NCBI RefSeq assembly: GCF_009914755.1
Contig: NC_060947.1
Direction: 5' to 3' (one strand)
Source: the human T2T-CHM13v2.0 reference genome, Homo sapiens
DNA length: 64,000 nucleotides
The translations under genes and the position numbers were made by a program. The notes under the pieces are model-generated. The model had not been told where the DNA came from. It was given only the letters and a program-made list of their open reading frames with translations, and did not search any database. Within the stretch, counting starts at the first letter, position 1; the number at the start of each line of letters is the position of its first letter. Positions 29,050 through 42,610 of this stretch are shown piece by piece.

Positions 29050-29390
29050 ATTTACTTCTTAGTTATTAAAATTTTCAAATGCAGAAAAAGAGCGAGAATA
29101 GTATAGTGAGTATCCATCATCTAAATTTATCATTTATTTATATTTTTCTATATATGCGTCATCTATTTTTCCCTGAGGGATGTAATGTATATTACAGATA
29201 TTTAACCCATAAATACTTCCATATGAATCTCTAAAAATATTTAAGAATATTTACTCATATAATAATAAACTTTATACAAAATTAATATTAATTTCCTAAT
29301 ATCATTTAATGATCATCAATTTTCAATTTTCTGAGTTCCATAAATGCTTTTTCTAGATTGTTTGCTTAAACCAGGTTGAGAATCTAATTT
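29050..29390 (-). mobile_element. Old L1 (L1ME-like) 3' fragment
   Basis: AT-rich; aaaattttcaaat..gaaaaa..gagaatagtatagtga, aaatacttc..atg.atctct, aatttcctaatatcat. Confidence 0.55.
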
Positions 29391-29403
29391 GATAAGAAAA
29401 ATA

Positions 29404-29765
<362 letters not shown>

Positions 29766-29779
29766 TCATGATGCAAATG

Positions 29780-29970
29780 GTTTTCAAGAACTAGTTCCTT
29801 GAAAACACATATCAACCTTGAGAAATATATATTAATATCCTTTCCATTTTACAGACATAAACTTCAGTACCAGATAAGTTACTTCTTCAAATTACATGGC
29901 TACTAAATAGCAGAGCCTGGATTTGCACCCAGGGCTGTCTTTTTCTAAGTACTATGCGTTATACTGTATG
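29780..29970 (-). mobile_element. MIR
   Basis: ccattttacaga...agcagagcctggatttg. Confidence 0.55.
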
Positions 29971-29999
29971 CTTAAAAAAAACTTTGTGCCTAATTGTGA

Positions 30000-30700
30000 G
30001 TTGTGAAGGATAGAGTAGAAATTAAAGATGAAGTCCACAGTTTTGGATTAGAGACTCAACGAAAGAGGTAATTCAGAAAAAAGAGCAGTTTTGAGGGCCA
30101 ATGATGGGTTCAGTTTTGAAACATTTGAGTTTGAAGTGCAACTGTGATAACAATATAAGTTTTAGAAGGAGTTCTTAGGGGCAGGATGAGAACAAATTGT
30201 TAGACAGCAAGGATGGAAGCAAGGAGACTAGCTAGGAGGCCACTACTATGCTCATAATGACAAATGGTGGGCTCTGGAATAGTAGGGTGGAGTTGGAGAG
30301 AAATGGATGGCATCTGTATGGCACTGTAGTTCCATTTGCTTAGATGGGGAACACTGGGAGAAGAAAATCAAGACAAAGTGAGAGTGAACAGGGTGTGAAG
30401 CATGAGGCAGAGGGTGATGAAAGAGGAGGCTGGGGAAATCGGCAATAGCAGTCATGAGTTTAGACTTTGTTATAAGGACAGTGGGAAGGTACTGACAGGT
30501 TTTAAGGAAGGATTTCTGGTTTTACAGATTCACCCTGACTTCTCTATGAAAAGTGGATAAGACAGAGCAGGAGTGGAGGCAGATAGACCATTTAAATAAT
30601 GGTTGCAGTGCTCCAAGTGAGAAAAGACAAGGCCCTGAACTCGAGCAATGCCAGAGCATGTGGAGAGGAAGGAACAGTTACAAGAGGTGTTAAGGCATTA
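30000..30700 (-). mobile_element. L2 fragments
   Basis: gggttcagttttgaaacatttgagtttgaagtgc; caaggagactagctaggaggc; gagtttagacttt. Confidence 0.55.
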
Positions 30701-30727
30701 TAAACAAAAGGTGCCATGAAAGAGGAC

Positions 30728-31308
30728 TGTGGCAGTTGAACAAAATGGCCACAATTCTCGGACACTCCTCTCATTGGTAGGTGGGATCCTCTCCTTAAAT
30801 CTACGTGTGCTTGTGGCTACTTTGACCCATACAGCATGACAGAAGTGATACTAGGTAACTTCTGAGACTTGATCATAAAAGGCCAAACCACTCTATCTTG
30901 TCCTCTGAAGCAGTTGCTCTTGGAGTGCTGAGCTGCCATGTAAAAAGACAGACTACCCTGAGACCAATATGCTGGAGAGGAGTCAGGTAGCCTTTCTTAG
31001 GGATAGCCCCAGCTGAACCTGTCCTACAGCCATTTCAGCCCAGGCCTAAGACATGTGAGTGATGAAGCCATCTTGGAAGTGAACTCTCCAGCCGTCAGGG
31101 GTTGTAGCCCCCAGCTGTTCATGTTACCCCACCAGTCAGTTGAATCAAGGAGCTGAGCCTCCAGCCTCAGGAAGTAGAGAAGAGATGACCCTGCTGTGTC
31201 TGTTCCAAATTCCGGATGCACAGAAGCCATGACCATAAGAAAATGATTTCTGTTTAACACCACTAAGTTGTGAGATTGTTAGCAACACAGCTATCAATAA
31301 TTAGAACA
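30728..31308 (+). mobile_element. MLT1G/H MaLR solo LTR
   Basis: tgtggcagt..aaaatggccacaa...catgtgagtgatgaagccatcttggaagtg...cactaagttgtga...ttagaaca. Confidence 0.8.
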
Positions 31309-31469
31309 GAGATGAATATAAGATATATAAGATATGGTCTTTGCCTCCTAGGAGTTTATAATCTAAGGAGGGACATGAGAAAAATATGCATACAAAAAAA
31401 TTCTTAGAAACATGTTAATATTTGCATAAAGCATGTGCGATAAAAATGCTGAGCAAAAGCAATTAAGAG

Positions 31470-31680
31470 TAACAATGGCTAACTTTATGCTAGTGTTCTC
31501 TAGGTATTTTATATATTAAATGAATAAGGTCTCATGCATTTACTCCTCAAAATAGGCCTATGAGACATAGCCACTTATTGAGCCTGTTTTCAGATAAGAA
31601 AAACTAAGACTGATAGAGAGGATAAGTAACTTACCTTACTTAACAACTTGCACACATATACTTGGCTTCCAGAGTTTTTC
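31470..31680 (-). mobile_element. MIR
   Basis: ttttcagataagaaaaactaagac..agagaggataagtaactt. Confidence 0.6.
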
Positions 31681-32199
31681 TTAGAGTAACTCTAAGGCCT
31701 GTCACTGTTTTTAGCCATGGGATATTAGTGTTGGCTAATAGGGGAAGCCGAGAACATGTATTCATAGCCCATGCTATCTCCTGTAGAAAAGTTTAGATTG
31801 GCCTTTCATTGACAGGGTATTATGGAAAAATTCAATCTTCAATGTGATTTCATTAATTATACCAAGTCACCAAAATTCTTTCTTTCTTATTTTCTGTTGC
31901 ATGGATTGCCTCTTCACATTTCTTGTCTGTCTTTAGTTAAAACTCCATATTTTCTTTCAGAACGAACTTCATCCTGTGGTCCTCAGTTTCTACATTGATG
32001 CAAAAAATGAATGGAGGGTTTTCCTGAGACCAGAATCCTGCAGCCACAAAGCAGCAGCAGCATCTTGTGGATCCTAAAGAGAAAGGCACTTTGAGATTAT
32101 TCCATGCATCTCCTCTTGCTGGATTATGTCCACTAACCTGCCTTTCTAGAACATTGGTCCCTGATCTTGAACTTCATTCTTATTCTTTGCCTAAAAATA

Positions 32200-33230
32200 C
32201 TGCTCAACCTGAGCAGACTCATTACTTTATTGCTGTTGCTGCTCAACAATCTTTTACTTTATTGAATTGGATGTCCTAGGACACTCCTAGTTATTTTAAA
32301 CTCTCCTGCTGTCTCACACTTGTAATTCCACCCCTCATCTCCTCCTGTATGATGACATGACCTTCCTCTTTTACCTCTTCAGTATGTCTCTCCATATCCC
32401 TGGCCTCTCTTTGCTTCCCACTCATCTGAGAGGAAGATGCGATTCTGCTCTCAGAGGTTCCCTCTCCCCCCGGTGCTCCTAAAGCCCTCGCGTTTCACCA
32501 CTTTCAAAATTGTGCTTCTCCAGTGACCTCCTTCATCAGCTATCTTCAGTCCCTCCTGAAAAAAGAACAGGTCTCCTCTTTTTTTTTTTTTTCCAGCCCC
32601 CTGCCCCAAACCCAGGTCTCCTCTTTTTTGAAGAAGACAAGCAATCACACTTTTCTTTGATCCCACTCCCCAAGTTAGTCATAGGTTTATTTTTCTCATT
32701 CTCTCTCCACCCCTTTTAGCCTATGTTGCCTGTTTATTCCCTCCCGCTCCATACCCCCTTGCAACATGATTCCTGAGCACTATCCTCTATTTGTACAATC
32801 TGAGTTACCATGACCTCCCTAACTCCAGTTACAGCAGTCCTTACTGCCTTGAGCTTCTCATCAGCTTCTCAAGCACTGGTGCCATCTCCTGAAAACTCTG
32901 TCTTTTCTTATAAATCTGGGACTTAGAAGAAGACTGATTCTCCTTCTGTGCCAATGACATCACCTTCTATAGTTCCCTTGCTGCCTTTTCCCTGCTTTTA
33001 GATACACCTAACCGTGGCCATTTCCTGAGATTCCATTCTAGGCCCTCTGCAGATGATATAGAACCTGCCTTCCCGAGGGACATTTTCACTGAGTTGTTCC
33101 CCCTATATCAACTCCAAATCAACATGTGTGAAACATTGTCCTCCCTTAAACTACTTCTCTTCTTAAAAATGACTCTGAACTTTAGAGTCACCTTTGACTT
33201 TTTCCTCTTTCTGCCACCAATTATGTACTT
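32200..33230 (+). mobile_element. Degenerate L2 internal fragment
   Basis: Pyrimidine-rich L2-like motifs: gatgacatgaccttcc, ctcctgaaaactctgtctt, ttctaggccctct, atcaactccaaatc, agagtcacctttgact. Confidence 0.5.
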
Positions 33231-34954
33231 GAGGTATAGAAACCCATGCTAATATTAGCATAAGAAAAAGTAATTAGGAGGGCCCACCTGCCACACATAC
33301 ACACAAGTCACGTAGTGCATTTTCAGAACCAAATATAAGTGATTTGGGGGTTATTTACTGTTACAGCATAATGCATGCTCAGGCTTAGATTATTGAGAGT
33401 GTACATTAACAGCCCCTTCCAGAGTTATTGCCTGGCATCCTAATAGGGTTATATTGTGGAACAGCCATTTTATTTAATGGTTTAAAATTTGGGATCCTCC
33501 TTTCTTCTAACCCAGAAGAAAGCAATGATCAAACCATGTTAATTGATGTGTTTTGATCAAGAAGAAACCAAGGTTAGTATGAGGCTTATTTCCGCAGTGA
33601 CTAAGTGGAAGAGTCAACACATCAGTCTTTTCGAGCCCACCACAGAACTCTCATTTCCATTCTTCTATCCAACAACTGACACTCTAAGTAGCTCAGATTC
33701 AAATGCAAATGCAAGCACAAGAATGCAGACACACTTTGAAATCAATAACATCGTTTTGTCAGGCAATTCATTTAGTATTTCTAAAAACCAGTGAAGTTTA
33801 AAAAACAAGGGAGTTGAAAGCTTACTCTCCTGTTCCTCAAGTTTTAATGAGCCTATTCCTCACTCTGGGACAGAGAAGCCCTCATTATAACTTGTCAATA
33901 GAACATTAGCACCCAAGATGGAGGGAGCCCTATGATCCTAGTTAATTTTCTTTCTTTTTTTTTTTTTTCCATCTGGATATAGTTGAAAAATCTTCTAATG
34001 GGAAAACTATCCATTTATTTGAACACTTTTCTAAGTCATAGATTCATCTACTTAAGAATAGGATGTGACTCTTACCATGTTGGTAAAGACGTTTTTGACT
34101 GAGACTTTCTCTGCTGGGATATTATGCATTCATAAATGATATGCAGCCTTCGTCTCTCTCAAATGAGCTCCGTGGGACTGCATAGAGCCATTGCAGGCTG
34201 CACACTGAGCACTCTGTGCTGCCTGAGCACTTTTGTGCCCCCTGTCTCCCATACTGTACCTTAGCCTTCAAAATGAGAAAATCAGATTCAAGTTTCCATT
34301 TTAAGAGGAGGCTTTTGGAGCTAGAGATAAACACAGGGGGAGATTGAGTGGGGGTAGTAACCTGACTTCCCCTTTGTATAACTGCATCTGTTTCACTTGA
34401 TGCAGCAGCCCTTGAAACCATGAGCAAATGTGAGACAAAGAAAAGTGCAAGTCGCCCTTGTTTTCTTTGCTGTGCCTGATAGGTGGCCTCATATGCCGCC
34501 ATGTTATCCACGTTAGGTTTTGTTGTTTTTAATTACCTGGTCTCATTGATCATTATGTATTGTCAAGATGTAAAGTTTTAGAAAAAAATATGTTCCCACT
34601 TTTTGTTTCCATCTTCAGTACAGTCCCCAATTCAGGTCAATCTAGTGCGTGTTATAAACCGTTTAATCAGATAATACTCTTTCACTCCCCAGATCCTTCA
34701 CTGCACTCCTAAGAGCTGAGCCTCGTATTCAAATCTGAATGAATCAGGTTCTGATTCAGTCTCTTCAGGAGAATTGTCTGAGAGATCTCTAGAACCTGAA
34801 CTGGATGTCGCGATTTATTTCCAGAAGTTGTTCACAGTAGTAAAACAGTTCCAGAGACTTGAACTTTCAGGGTCTTTCAGATTCTACCAACAGCCCTATT
34901 TGGTTTCATTTCTAGGATGGTTATAAAATCCAATAGATTTGGCTACAGTGCATT

Positions 34955-35180
34955 TATTTCAGCACACAAATATTCAGTTCCACAGACCTTTTTACTAACA
35001 CCCGTATGCATCAAGCATTTTGCTTGGCACAAGGGATGCAAAGAGAAAGTACATATTCTTTAGGAAAATTGTATTTTGTCTAAAAGGAAATATTCGTGAA
35101 CAAAAAAGTAAACACTGAAATGTGGTAAGTACTCAAACAGAAGGAAAACTGAAAAGCTGAGTGACTAACAACACAGGGCT
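34955..35180 (-). mobile_element. L2 3' end
   Basis: atttatttcagcacacaaatatt...caagcattttgcttggcacaagggatgca. Confidence 0.5.
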
Positions 35181-35549
35181 GTCTTCTCTCAAATTATTTT
35201 CTTTTCCTTTAGTTCTTTTTATCTTCATTGATTTTAGACAATTTCAGGTCAGAACCCTTTACAACTTGTATCTTGGCAACAGAAATCTCTGTATAACAAA
35301 ATGATCATCACACTTCATGCATCACTTTTTAATCATCACTAGCCTGCTTAGTGATACAATATTCTACACTACAAAATTGGATTCTGTTTGTTACATACGC
35401 AGAGGTTTTTTGGTCCTAAGGAGGCCCCAGGCTCAGCAAGGTGCTCTCTATTAAAGTTTAAAATACAGCCTGGCAGGATACTTAAGAACACTCTCTTGAC
35501 TTGGTACTTTCTTCTTCTTTGCCTCATTCTAGAAGCAGGATGACAAAGG

Positions 35550-35775
35550 GGCTTTATAGTCAGACAGCTCTGAGTTAGAATTCGGACTCTGATTCTTGCT
35601 ACTGTGTAGCTCTGAACAAGTTACTTTGTCCATCAGTTTCTGACTCAGTAAAATGGAAATAATAATAGTCCATAATTTCCAAGGATATTGTGAGATTTAA
35701 ATGAGCCAGTGTATGCAGAGAGTTTAGCATTGTGCCTGAGGCATACTAAGTGCCCAGCATATATTAGCTCTTATA
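35550..35775 (+). mobile_element. MIR
   Basis: gtcagacagctctgagttagaattc...gtaaaatggaaataataatagt...gtgagatttaaatga. Confidence 0.75.
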
Positions 35776-35824
35776 TTCATCATTCAGTGTCCTTGCTTAA
35801 GAAAATATACAAATGAAAACAGTA

Positions 35825-35962
35825 TCTAGGTTCCAGACCTGGCTATGGAGCTAGCTAGCCCCATGACTTTGAGTAAGCTGCTAGGGCTCATGTTTCCATC
35901 TGCATAATAATGGCAGTTTTAGTAGATGACTTTCAATGTCCCTTTTAGTGCTAAGAGTCTAT
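35825..35962 (+). mobile_element. MIR3-like fragment
   Basis: tgactttgagtaag...tagatgactttcaatgtcccttttagtgctaagagtctatg. Confidence 0.55.
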
Positions 35963-37059
35963 GTTTGGCCTGTTGCTTGGAGTGACATTGTGAGCTCCTG
36001 GGCATGACAGTCATACTGGATGACCCGCAGGGCCTAGAAGCACCCTACTTCCTGTGCAGTATAAAGATAATGCTCTGCTTCCAAAAAAGAGGTTCCAAAG
36101 GCAGTAAAAATGTCCCAGAAGATCTGGTAATGATTTGTTACCCAGAGTTTTAAATGGAATATGTAACTGCTGAGGAGTCCAAGTCTTCTATTAACCCCAT
36201 AGGGGTTCTCTTAACTGTGTAGAACTAAAGAGAATGTCATTCAAAAGAGATCTTAATTCTAGGGTTTATTCAGTTATGCTTCTTTTTTCTCTATCATAGA
36301 TGTTGAAAATGAAAAAAAAAAAAGAGATCAAGCATTTTGTCATTACTGTTCAAAATTTCTGTGAACTTGTTAACCCTGTGGTATTCTCAGAAGCATTTTA
36401 GTGCTCATTACAAAACTACCTTGCATTTTTATTACACCTTGAATATAAGCAACTCAAAACTCTTTATAGACATCATGAAATCTCACCCTATCTCTGAGCA
36501 ATTTCTCTGCGAAGAAGCCAGCACCATGTCATCCATGAATTACATTAGCCACTTTATTCTACTAGCCATAGTGGATCCCATCCCAATCATACTTATCTCT
36601 TTATTGCCAACACTACTTGATGTTGTTGGAATTTCCATGAGGTCTGAGGCAAAGTGTCTTGTACATTAGGAATCTATTTGATGGCACTCCTCTGTGGGAT
36701 TCCTTCTATCTGCCAAAGTCAGGGTGAGCTAACCTTTATTTGGCTTTTTAAAGGACATACATGAAACAAGAGCTGGGTAGGGTCTGAGGGCCCCCAAGGG
36801 AATTATATTATTCTACTTTCACAATTCATCCCATGGAGATGACTTCCACACAGTGGTGTTCATATAGTGAAATGAATAACTGAGTGGTTGTGTGAGAACA
36901 GCTCTGGAAGGATACTAGTTTCAAACCAGTTATTCCAAGGCTGTGTCCTGTGTATACATCGAGTCTGACTGAATTCAGTTTAATTTCTTTTTTTTCAAAG
37001 CTACTTCCAGCCAACAACCAGGATCTCGTGATCAAATGGTTGTCACAGCCTCAAGATTC

Positions 37060-37171
37060 AGCCTAGCCTACCATTTCATTTTCTCCATGGCCATGCCCCA
37101 TACTCACACTCCATACCCTAAGTGGACTGAGCTTTTGGTTTCTAGAATAAGTTATGTTTTCTAAACAACTT

Positions 37172-37216
<45 letters not shown>

Positions 37217-37505
37217 ATGCACACTCCATGAATACTTATAGTTTAGGTCTCAACTTAAATGCCACTCCAGGAAATCTTTCGCTCCCATAATCCTGGTTAA
37301 CTAGTTTGGTCTGTGCTCTCAGGGTACCCTGTCCTTTTACCAAACTTAGCACTTACCACACTGTGTAATTAATTACTTTATTGTTTCTTCCATTTGACAT
37401 CCAAGCACTCTGAAAGTAAGGATGTGGTTTACTCAACTTTCTGTTGTGCCACTCATGCTTAGTAAAAATGTGCCACAATTGTTTGTTGAACAAATGAATA
37501 AATTG
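37060..37505 (+). mobile_element. L2 3' region
   Basis: tctcaacttaaatgccactccaggaa...tagcacttaccacactg...ttgtttgttgaacaaatgaata. Confidence 0.65.
37175..37224. repeat. (CA)n microsatellite
   Basis: About 18 uninterrupted AC units plus a degenerate end. Confidence 0.95.
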
Positions 37506-38394
37506 ATTGGGCATTTTAGTTTCAAATGTTTATTCTGGCATTTCACGGCCTCATCAAATATCACAAGCTTTGTTAGATAATAGCCCATATGTGTGTAATT
37601 GAGTCTTTTATAAACCATACCTACAGAATCCTGGTCTTTTGGGGCCTTTATATTCTAATTGCATTACCATGAATGTATAGTACAAATATTTTGATTTTTA
37701 TTCCTTCTACTTCAAGGCTGAAACATATCCTCTGTTTAAATGGTAATGATACTAAATGGTTGCATATCTACTTTAGATTTCAACTAATTTTCCAGGGAAA
37801 TCACAGAAATTATCCACTAAATGTCTTGTATTATGTAAACATATCTCCCAATATAAAAAATGCATATGAACATTAATAAATTCCTCACTTCACTACTATT
37901 ACCACTGCATGCTTTCTGATGAATGTAAAGATGCTTGTATTTATATGATGATAAGCTGTATTTACTATTAGCTTTGTTGTCTTGGAGTTGACTCCTGAAT
38001 TTCTAGAATGAAGACACATTGAACTTGTTTCCAAATCTAAAGGAATATCTGCTCATCCAGTTATTACAAGTATCCGTGTTTGTGGATATGGGGGCAGCTA
38101 TAATATTCAATGGAGAAAATGTAAATAGAAATGGATAAAAATATGAACTCTGAACCATATGCTTATCATCCATCCAAACCAGTCCTCGCAAGAGAGGAAA
38201 GAAGAATATCTGCATTGCTGTCTGCTCAGCTGGATGAACAGACCTGACTTTCTATGCCTGTTACTCTTCATTTAAACCCATTAAAATTCTAACTATCTTT
38301 TAAAGTTATATCAAATGTATCTGCACTAACAGCCCCCACCACCACCATGGAAAGAGATGTCAGTTCCACAGAGGAGCTCTGAGCTCACCTAATT

Positions 38395-38629
38395 CAGTGG
38401 TTCTCAACTTTACTGACATGTTAGAATCACCCAGGGCACTTTGTGCACATGTACCCTAGAACTTAAAGTAAAATAATAAATAAACTAAAAGTAATTTAAA
38501 AAAAGAAAATACTAAAGCCTAGGCCTCAAATGAAATCAGTTTAGTCAGATTCTCTTGGTCTGAGGTACATCAGGGTGTTTCAAACTGTGCCAGGTGATTT
38601 TGAGGTGCAACCAAAGTTGTTAGCCACTG
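38395..38629. mobile_element. MER5B hAT MITE interrupted by a tiny L1 tail
   Basis: TIRs cagtggttctcaac ... gttgttagccactg; ttagaatcacc and caggtgatt internal palindromic motifs. Confidence 0.75.
38441..38505 (+). mobile_element. Ultra-short L1PA 3' terminus (30 nt plus A-rich tail)
   Basis: ttgtgcacatgtaccctagaacttaaagta is identical to 11529-11558. Confidence 0.85.
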
Positions 38630-38634
38630 CCCCA

Positions 38635-38830
38635 AAAGTTCAGTGTGGCTGGAGCATAGAGGGTGAGGGGTAGGGGTGGTGGCAAGGAGGAGAGGTTAGA
38701 AATATTGGTAAGGCTCAGCTTTGCAGGCCTTATAATTCATCCCAAAGAGTTTGGCTTTTATCCTAGAGGCCATGAGAGTCAAAAAGGGGTTTTGCCTGGG
38801 AAGTAACATAGTCAGTTTGGTGTTCAAGAA
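38635..38830 (-). mobile_element. L2 fragment
   Basis: gttcagtgtggctggagcatagagggtgagg...aagagtttggcttttatcct. Confidence 0.6.
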
Positions 38831-41169
38831 ATTAAAGTCCCTTCATTTCTCGGAGCTTTCTTTTAATCGTCTGCATCTCTTTGAGATTTTGAAGAAGGCC
38901 ATAGGCCACAGGCCACTGTTGACTTCTGCAATGATGGGAATATTCCATGTTTTCACCATTTAATGAAATAGCCACACCTGGATATCATTAGTCATCTGTA
39001 AAATGCAGTGAGTGGACTAGATGACTTCCAATATCCCTTCTCATGTAACAGAAAATTATTGGCAGGGTCATCATTTCTAACCTAGAATGCCTACTATAAA
39101 CAGATGCTTTATATCTTCCCCTAAATATAGGCTTTTGCAGAATATAGTATTTCTTTTAGAGGGCAGGCTATCTGAGGGGATTTTTTAGAGGGGATGACTG
39201 CTAACAACCAGCTTCTGCCTCACTGAGGAATTGACCTCGATGGAATGGAGGGCCCGTTAATTAGCAGACAAAGCCTTGCAGGCCAAAGCTAACAGGAAGG
39301 TTTTTCCTTACTCTGGAAAGAGAGACTGGCGGCTGTGGGAAACTACGCCTAGGCCCTTCCCTGCCCTTGCAAGTACGGGTCAAGAATCCAACATGGATAT
39401 TTGTTTAATTGAATTGAACACTGCTTGTTAAAATTATACTTGAAATAATTGTAAGGAGACAGGGCTTTATTTTCTGACTCTAGTTCTTGGTTATATCATG
39501 GGTAAATGAGGCTCCCAGAAATGTGACCTCTGGATGCAGCATAAAGTAAATATGCATACACGTAAATGTACTGAGAAAGACGTTTAGCCATTTATTATTT
39601 TGATTTTTCAAAGGGCTAAGGAGACATTACCATCTGAAATAGTGTAAACTGAATCTGGTTCAGCTGTTTTCAGTGGCATCGCAGGTCACTATTCTTTATC
39701 GTAATAATACCCATCATTGCCTTATGTTGCAGAAATAGTCTGCTTGATAGGCATCAATGGTGCTCATCAGCCACTGCTTGGGCAGGGGCAGACTTCCTCT
39801 TGATACAGAGGGAGACATGTATGTGGACCCAGCTTAGAACGTGTTCCAGAAATCCACACCATATGCATTTAAGGGCTGGAGTCCTATCTTCCCTTCTCCA
39901 GCCAGTGTCAGTTTCTTTATCCTCTTTCTGATTCATAGAAAACCAGCACATCTGTTTGAAATTGTATTTACTTTGCATTGTCATTTGGAAGAAAAGGTTG
40001 CTGCTAATGAAGCTGGTGAATTAATATGGATTACTTGGGAGTGAATATGATGGATACTCTCAACAAACACCTGCACCATTAAAAGCAATTTTCCGAGACC
40101 AAATGCTGTTTTAGGGGAGATAGAAGCTACTATAATTGAAGTCTTGGGGAAATGTCATCCTTTATGCCTTCCCTTGCACAGAAATCATCACATGTTGTTA
40201 TGTTGAGGTAAGCATAAAATTTCAATTACATTTTGGAATCTGAAAATGAGAATGCCCTACTTTGCACCCACTTAATTCTCTGGCCATATCAGCTGTTTAG
40301 CCCTTCCTTTCCTCAGCAAGAAAGCATTAGGGATTAAAAAAAAAGAAATCACCAAAAACAAGAAATCTTAATCCATGTAATTACTCTAATTGGCTAATAG
40401 GAGTCTTTTCTCAATAGCAGATAATTCTTTGCAGTTTACGAACACGTGTGTACATGTTAAAAAGATTCAGTAAATGGAGTTCACTTCCCTGTCTCTCACA
40501 ACATGGATGGGCAGGAAACATGGCTCAAATTCTTGGCAAAGAGACGCAGCCCTTAAATTTTCCTCCAAACAACTTATTTTTTTTTAAGTTTTCTTTCACT
40601 TGTTTGTTGAGATAATGGTTAATGAAGTATTCATTGATGGCAGTGTCACTAATAAAACATAAATCAAATTGGGCTTTACATACAATTCATATGCTTGAAG
40701 GAGGCAGCAGTGTGAGCTGGTGCGTGTTTCCAGCTGTTTTCCTGTCATTAGCTTTTAATTTCAACAGCTACCTACTTGGGCCGCCCCTCTCTTTTCTCAG
40801 CTCAGGTATTTGTGCTGTTAGTATGATTGTCAGTCCTGTTCTGCTTGAAAGATTTCAGTGTATGTTGCTATGGTTACAGGTGCCAGAATTGGAAAGAAAT
40901 GAAGGGGGTATCAGAGGTTTGACGTAGCTGTGATGAAGGCTTAGTGCTAAAATGTTAGCTATTACTTTGGCGGATTCTATGTTATTTGACAATGAATCCA
41001 TTTTAATAGAATATTTAAATGCATTCTTGAATATATGGCACATGAAAATGGAAATATGGATAACTGGATTTAAAGTAAATAAATATTTTAAAACAGTTTT
41101 GAGTACATACCGTATGGGACACTTGGGAACTAAGTGAACACTGTTAGTGTAATATGCAGTATCACCTGA

Positions 41170-41578
<409 letters not shown>

Positions 41579-42169
41579 AGCAGAATGAAATTTTATAAAT
41601 TCGGTAATAAGGAGATGAGTGCTTTAGTTGTTGAGGTGACTGGGAAGACAGGGCTGGTTCTGAGGTTTCCCACAATTCCCCTTCTTGTTTTCTGCTGGAA
41701 ATATTAGAGGAAAGGCCTGGGGGATTGGCTGTCTCACTCTTTCCAATGGAGGACAGTCAGGGAAACTGATTATATAGAGGTCACCCTTGGCAATGCTCTA
41801 ATACTTTCTCTATGATCCTATCAAGCTGCTGAAGATGGTCAATCTTCCTTAAAGAAATTGAAGAGGCTGCCATTCCTGGTTTCAACCCCCTCTCCTGCAT
41901 CCTTTGCTCTCCAGAGCACTGCTACTTTTCTCTGGTTCTATGATCTCCAAGGCTGGAGATCCAGATGACTCACTCCAAGCTTTGGCCTGCTTATTGTGCT
42001 TAGGATCCTCCTCTTTTCACTCAGTGACTTGAGGGAATAAAGACACTTATTTCTTTTTTAAAAAATAAATTTGATTTTCACAAGTCTTGAGGTGAGCTGT
42101 CTTCTTAGCACTCTCCACATGAGGAAAGACCCTCTGTTTCCACTGTTGATGTCTACACCATCCTTGGAA

Positions 42170-42450
42170 TAGAGCATTGTGGCTAATAACATGGACAGGA
42201 CACTGGAATCCAAATGCCTGGATTCAAATCCCAGCTCTGCCACTTACCAGCTCTGTCATTTTGGGTGTATTATTACTTAACTTCTATGGGCTTCAGTATC
42301 CTCATTTGTAAACTGGATTAATTGCAATTAGTCCATAGAGTTTTGTGATATATATATATATATATATATATCTATGTGTGAGAGAGAGAAAGATAGTCTC
42401 AGAATATTAATCAAGCATATCTATTAGGTGCTACATAAGTGTTTGCTTTT
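42170..42450 (+). mobile_element. MIR containing a (TA)n/(GA)n microsatellite at about 42349-42390
   Basis: tggattcaaatcccagctctgccacttaccagct...cttcagtatcctcatttgtaaa. Confidence 0.8.
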
Positions 42451-42610
42451 ATTCAACATATATTTATTTTCTACTCTGTGCCAAGCTCTATGGATGGACC
42501 TGAAAGTAGAGCTGGAAACAAAATAGATGTGGTCCTTGCTCTCATAAAGTTTATCTGCAGTGGAGAAGACAAGCAGTAAGAAAGTAATTACAATAATGGA
42601 TGATGAGAGC
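42445..42610 (-). mobile_element. L2 3' end
   Basis: attcaacatatatttatt..ctactctgtgccaagc...gtggtccttgctctcat. Confidence 0.6.

Noticed and set aside
34122-34511. 129-aa minus-strand ORF in unique DNA
   Set aside because: Non-ATG start, no recognisable homology and no clear splice context.
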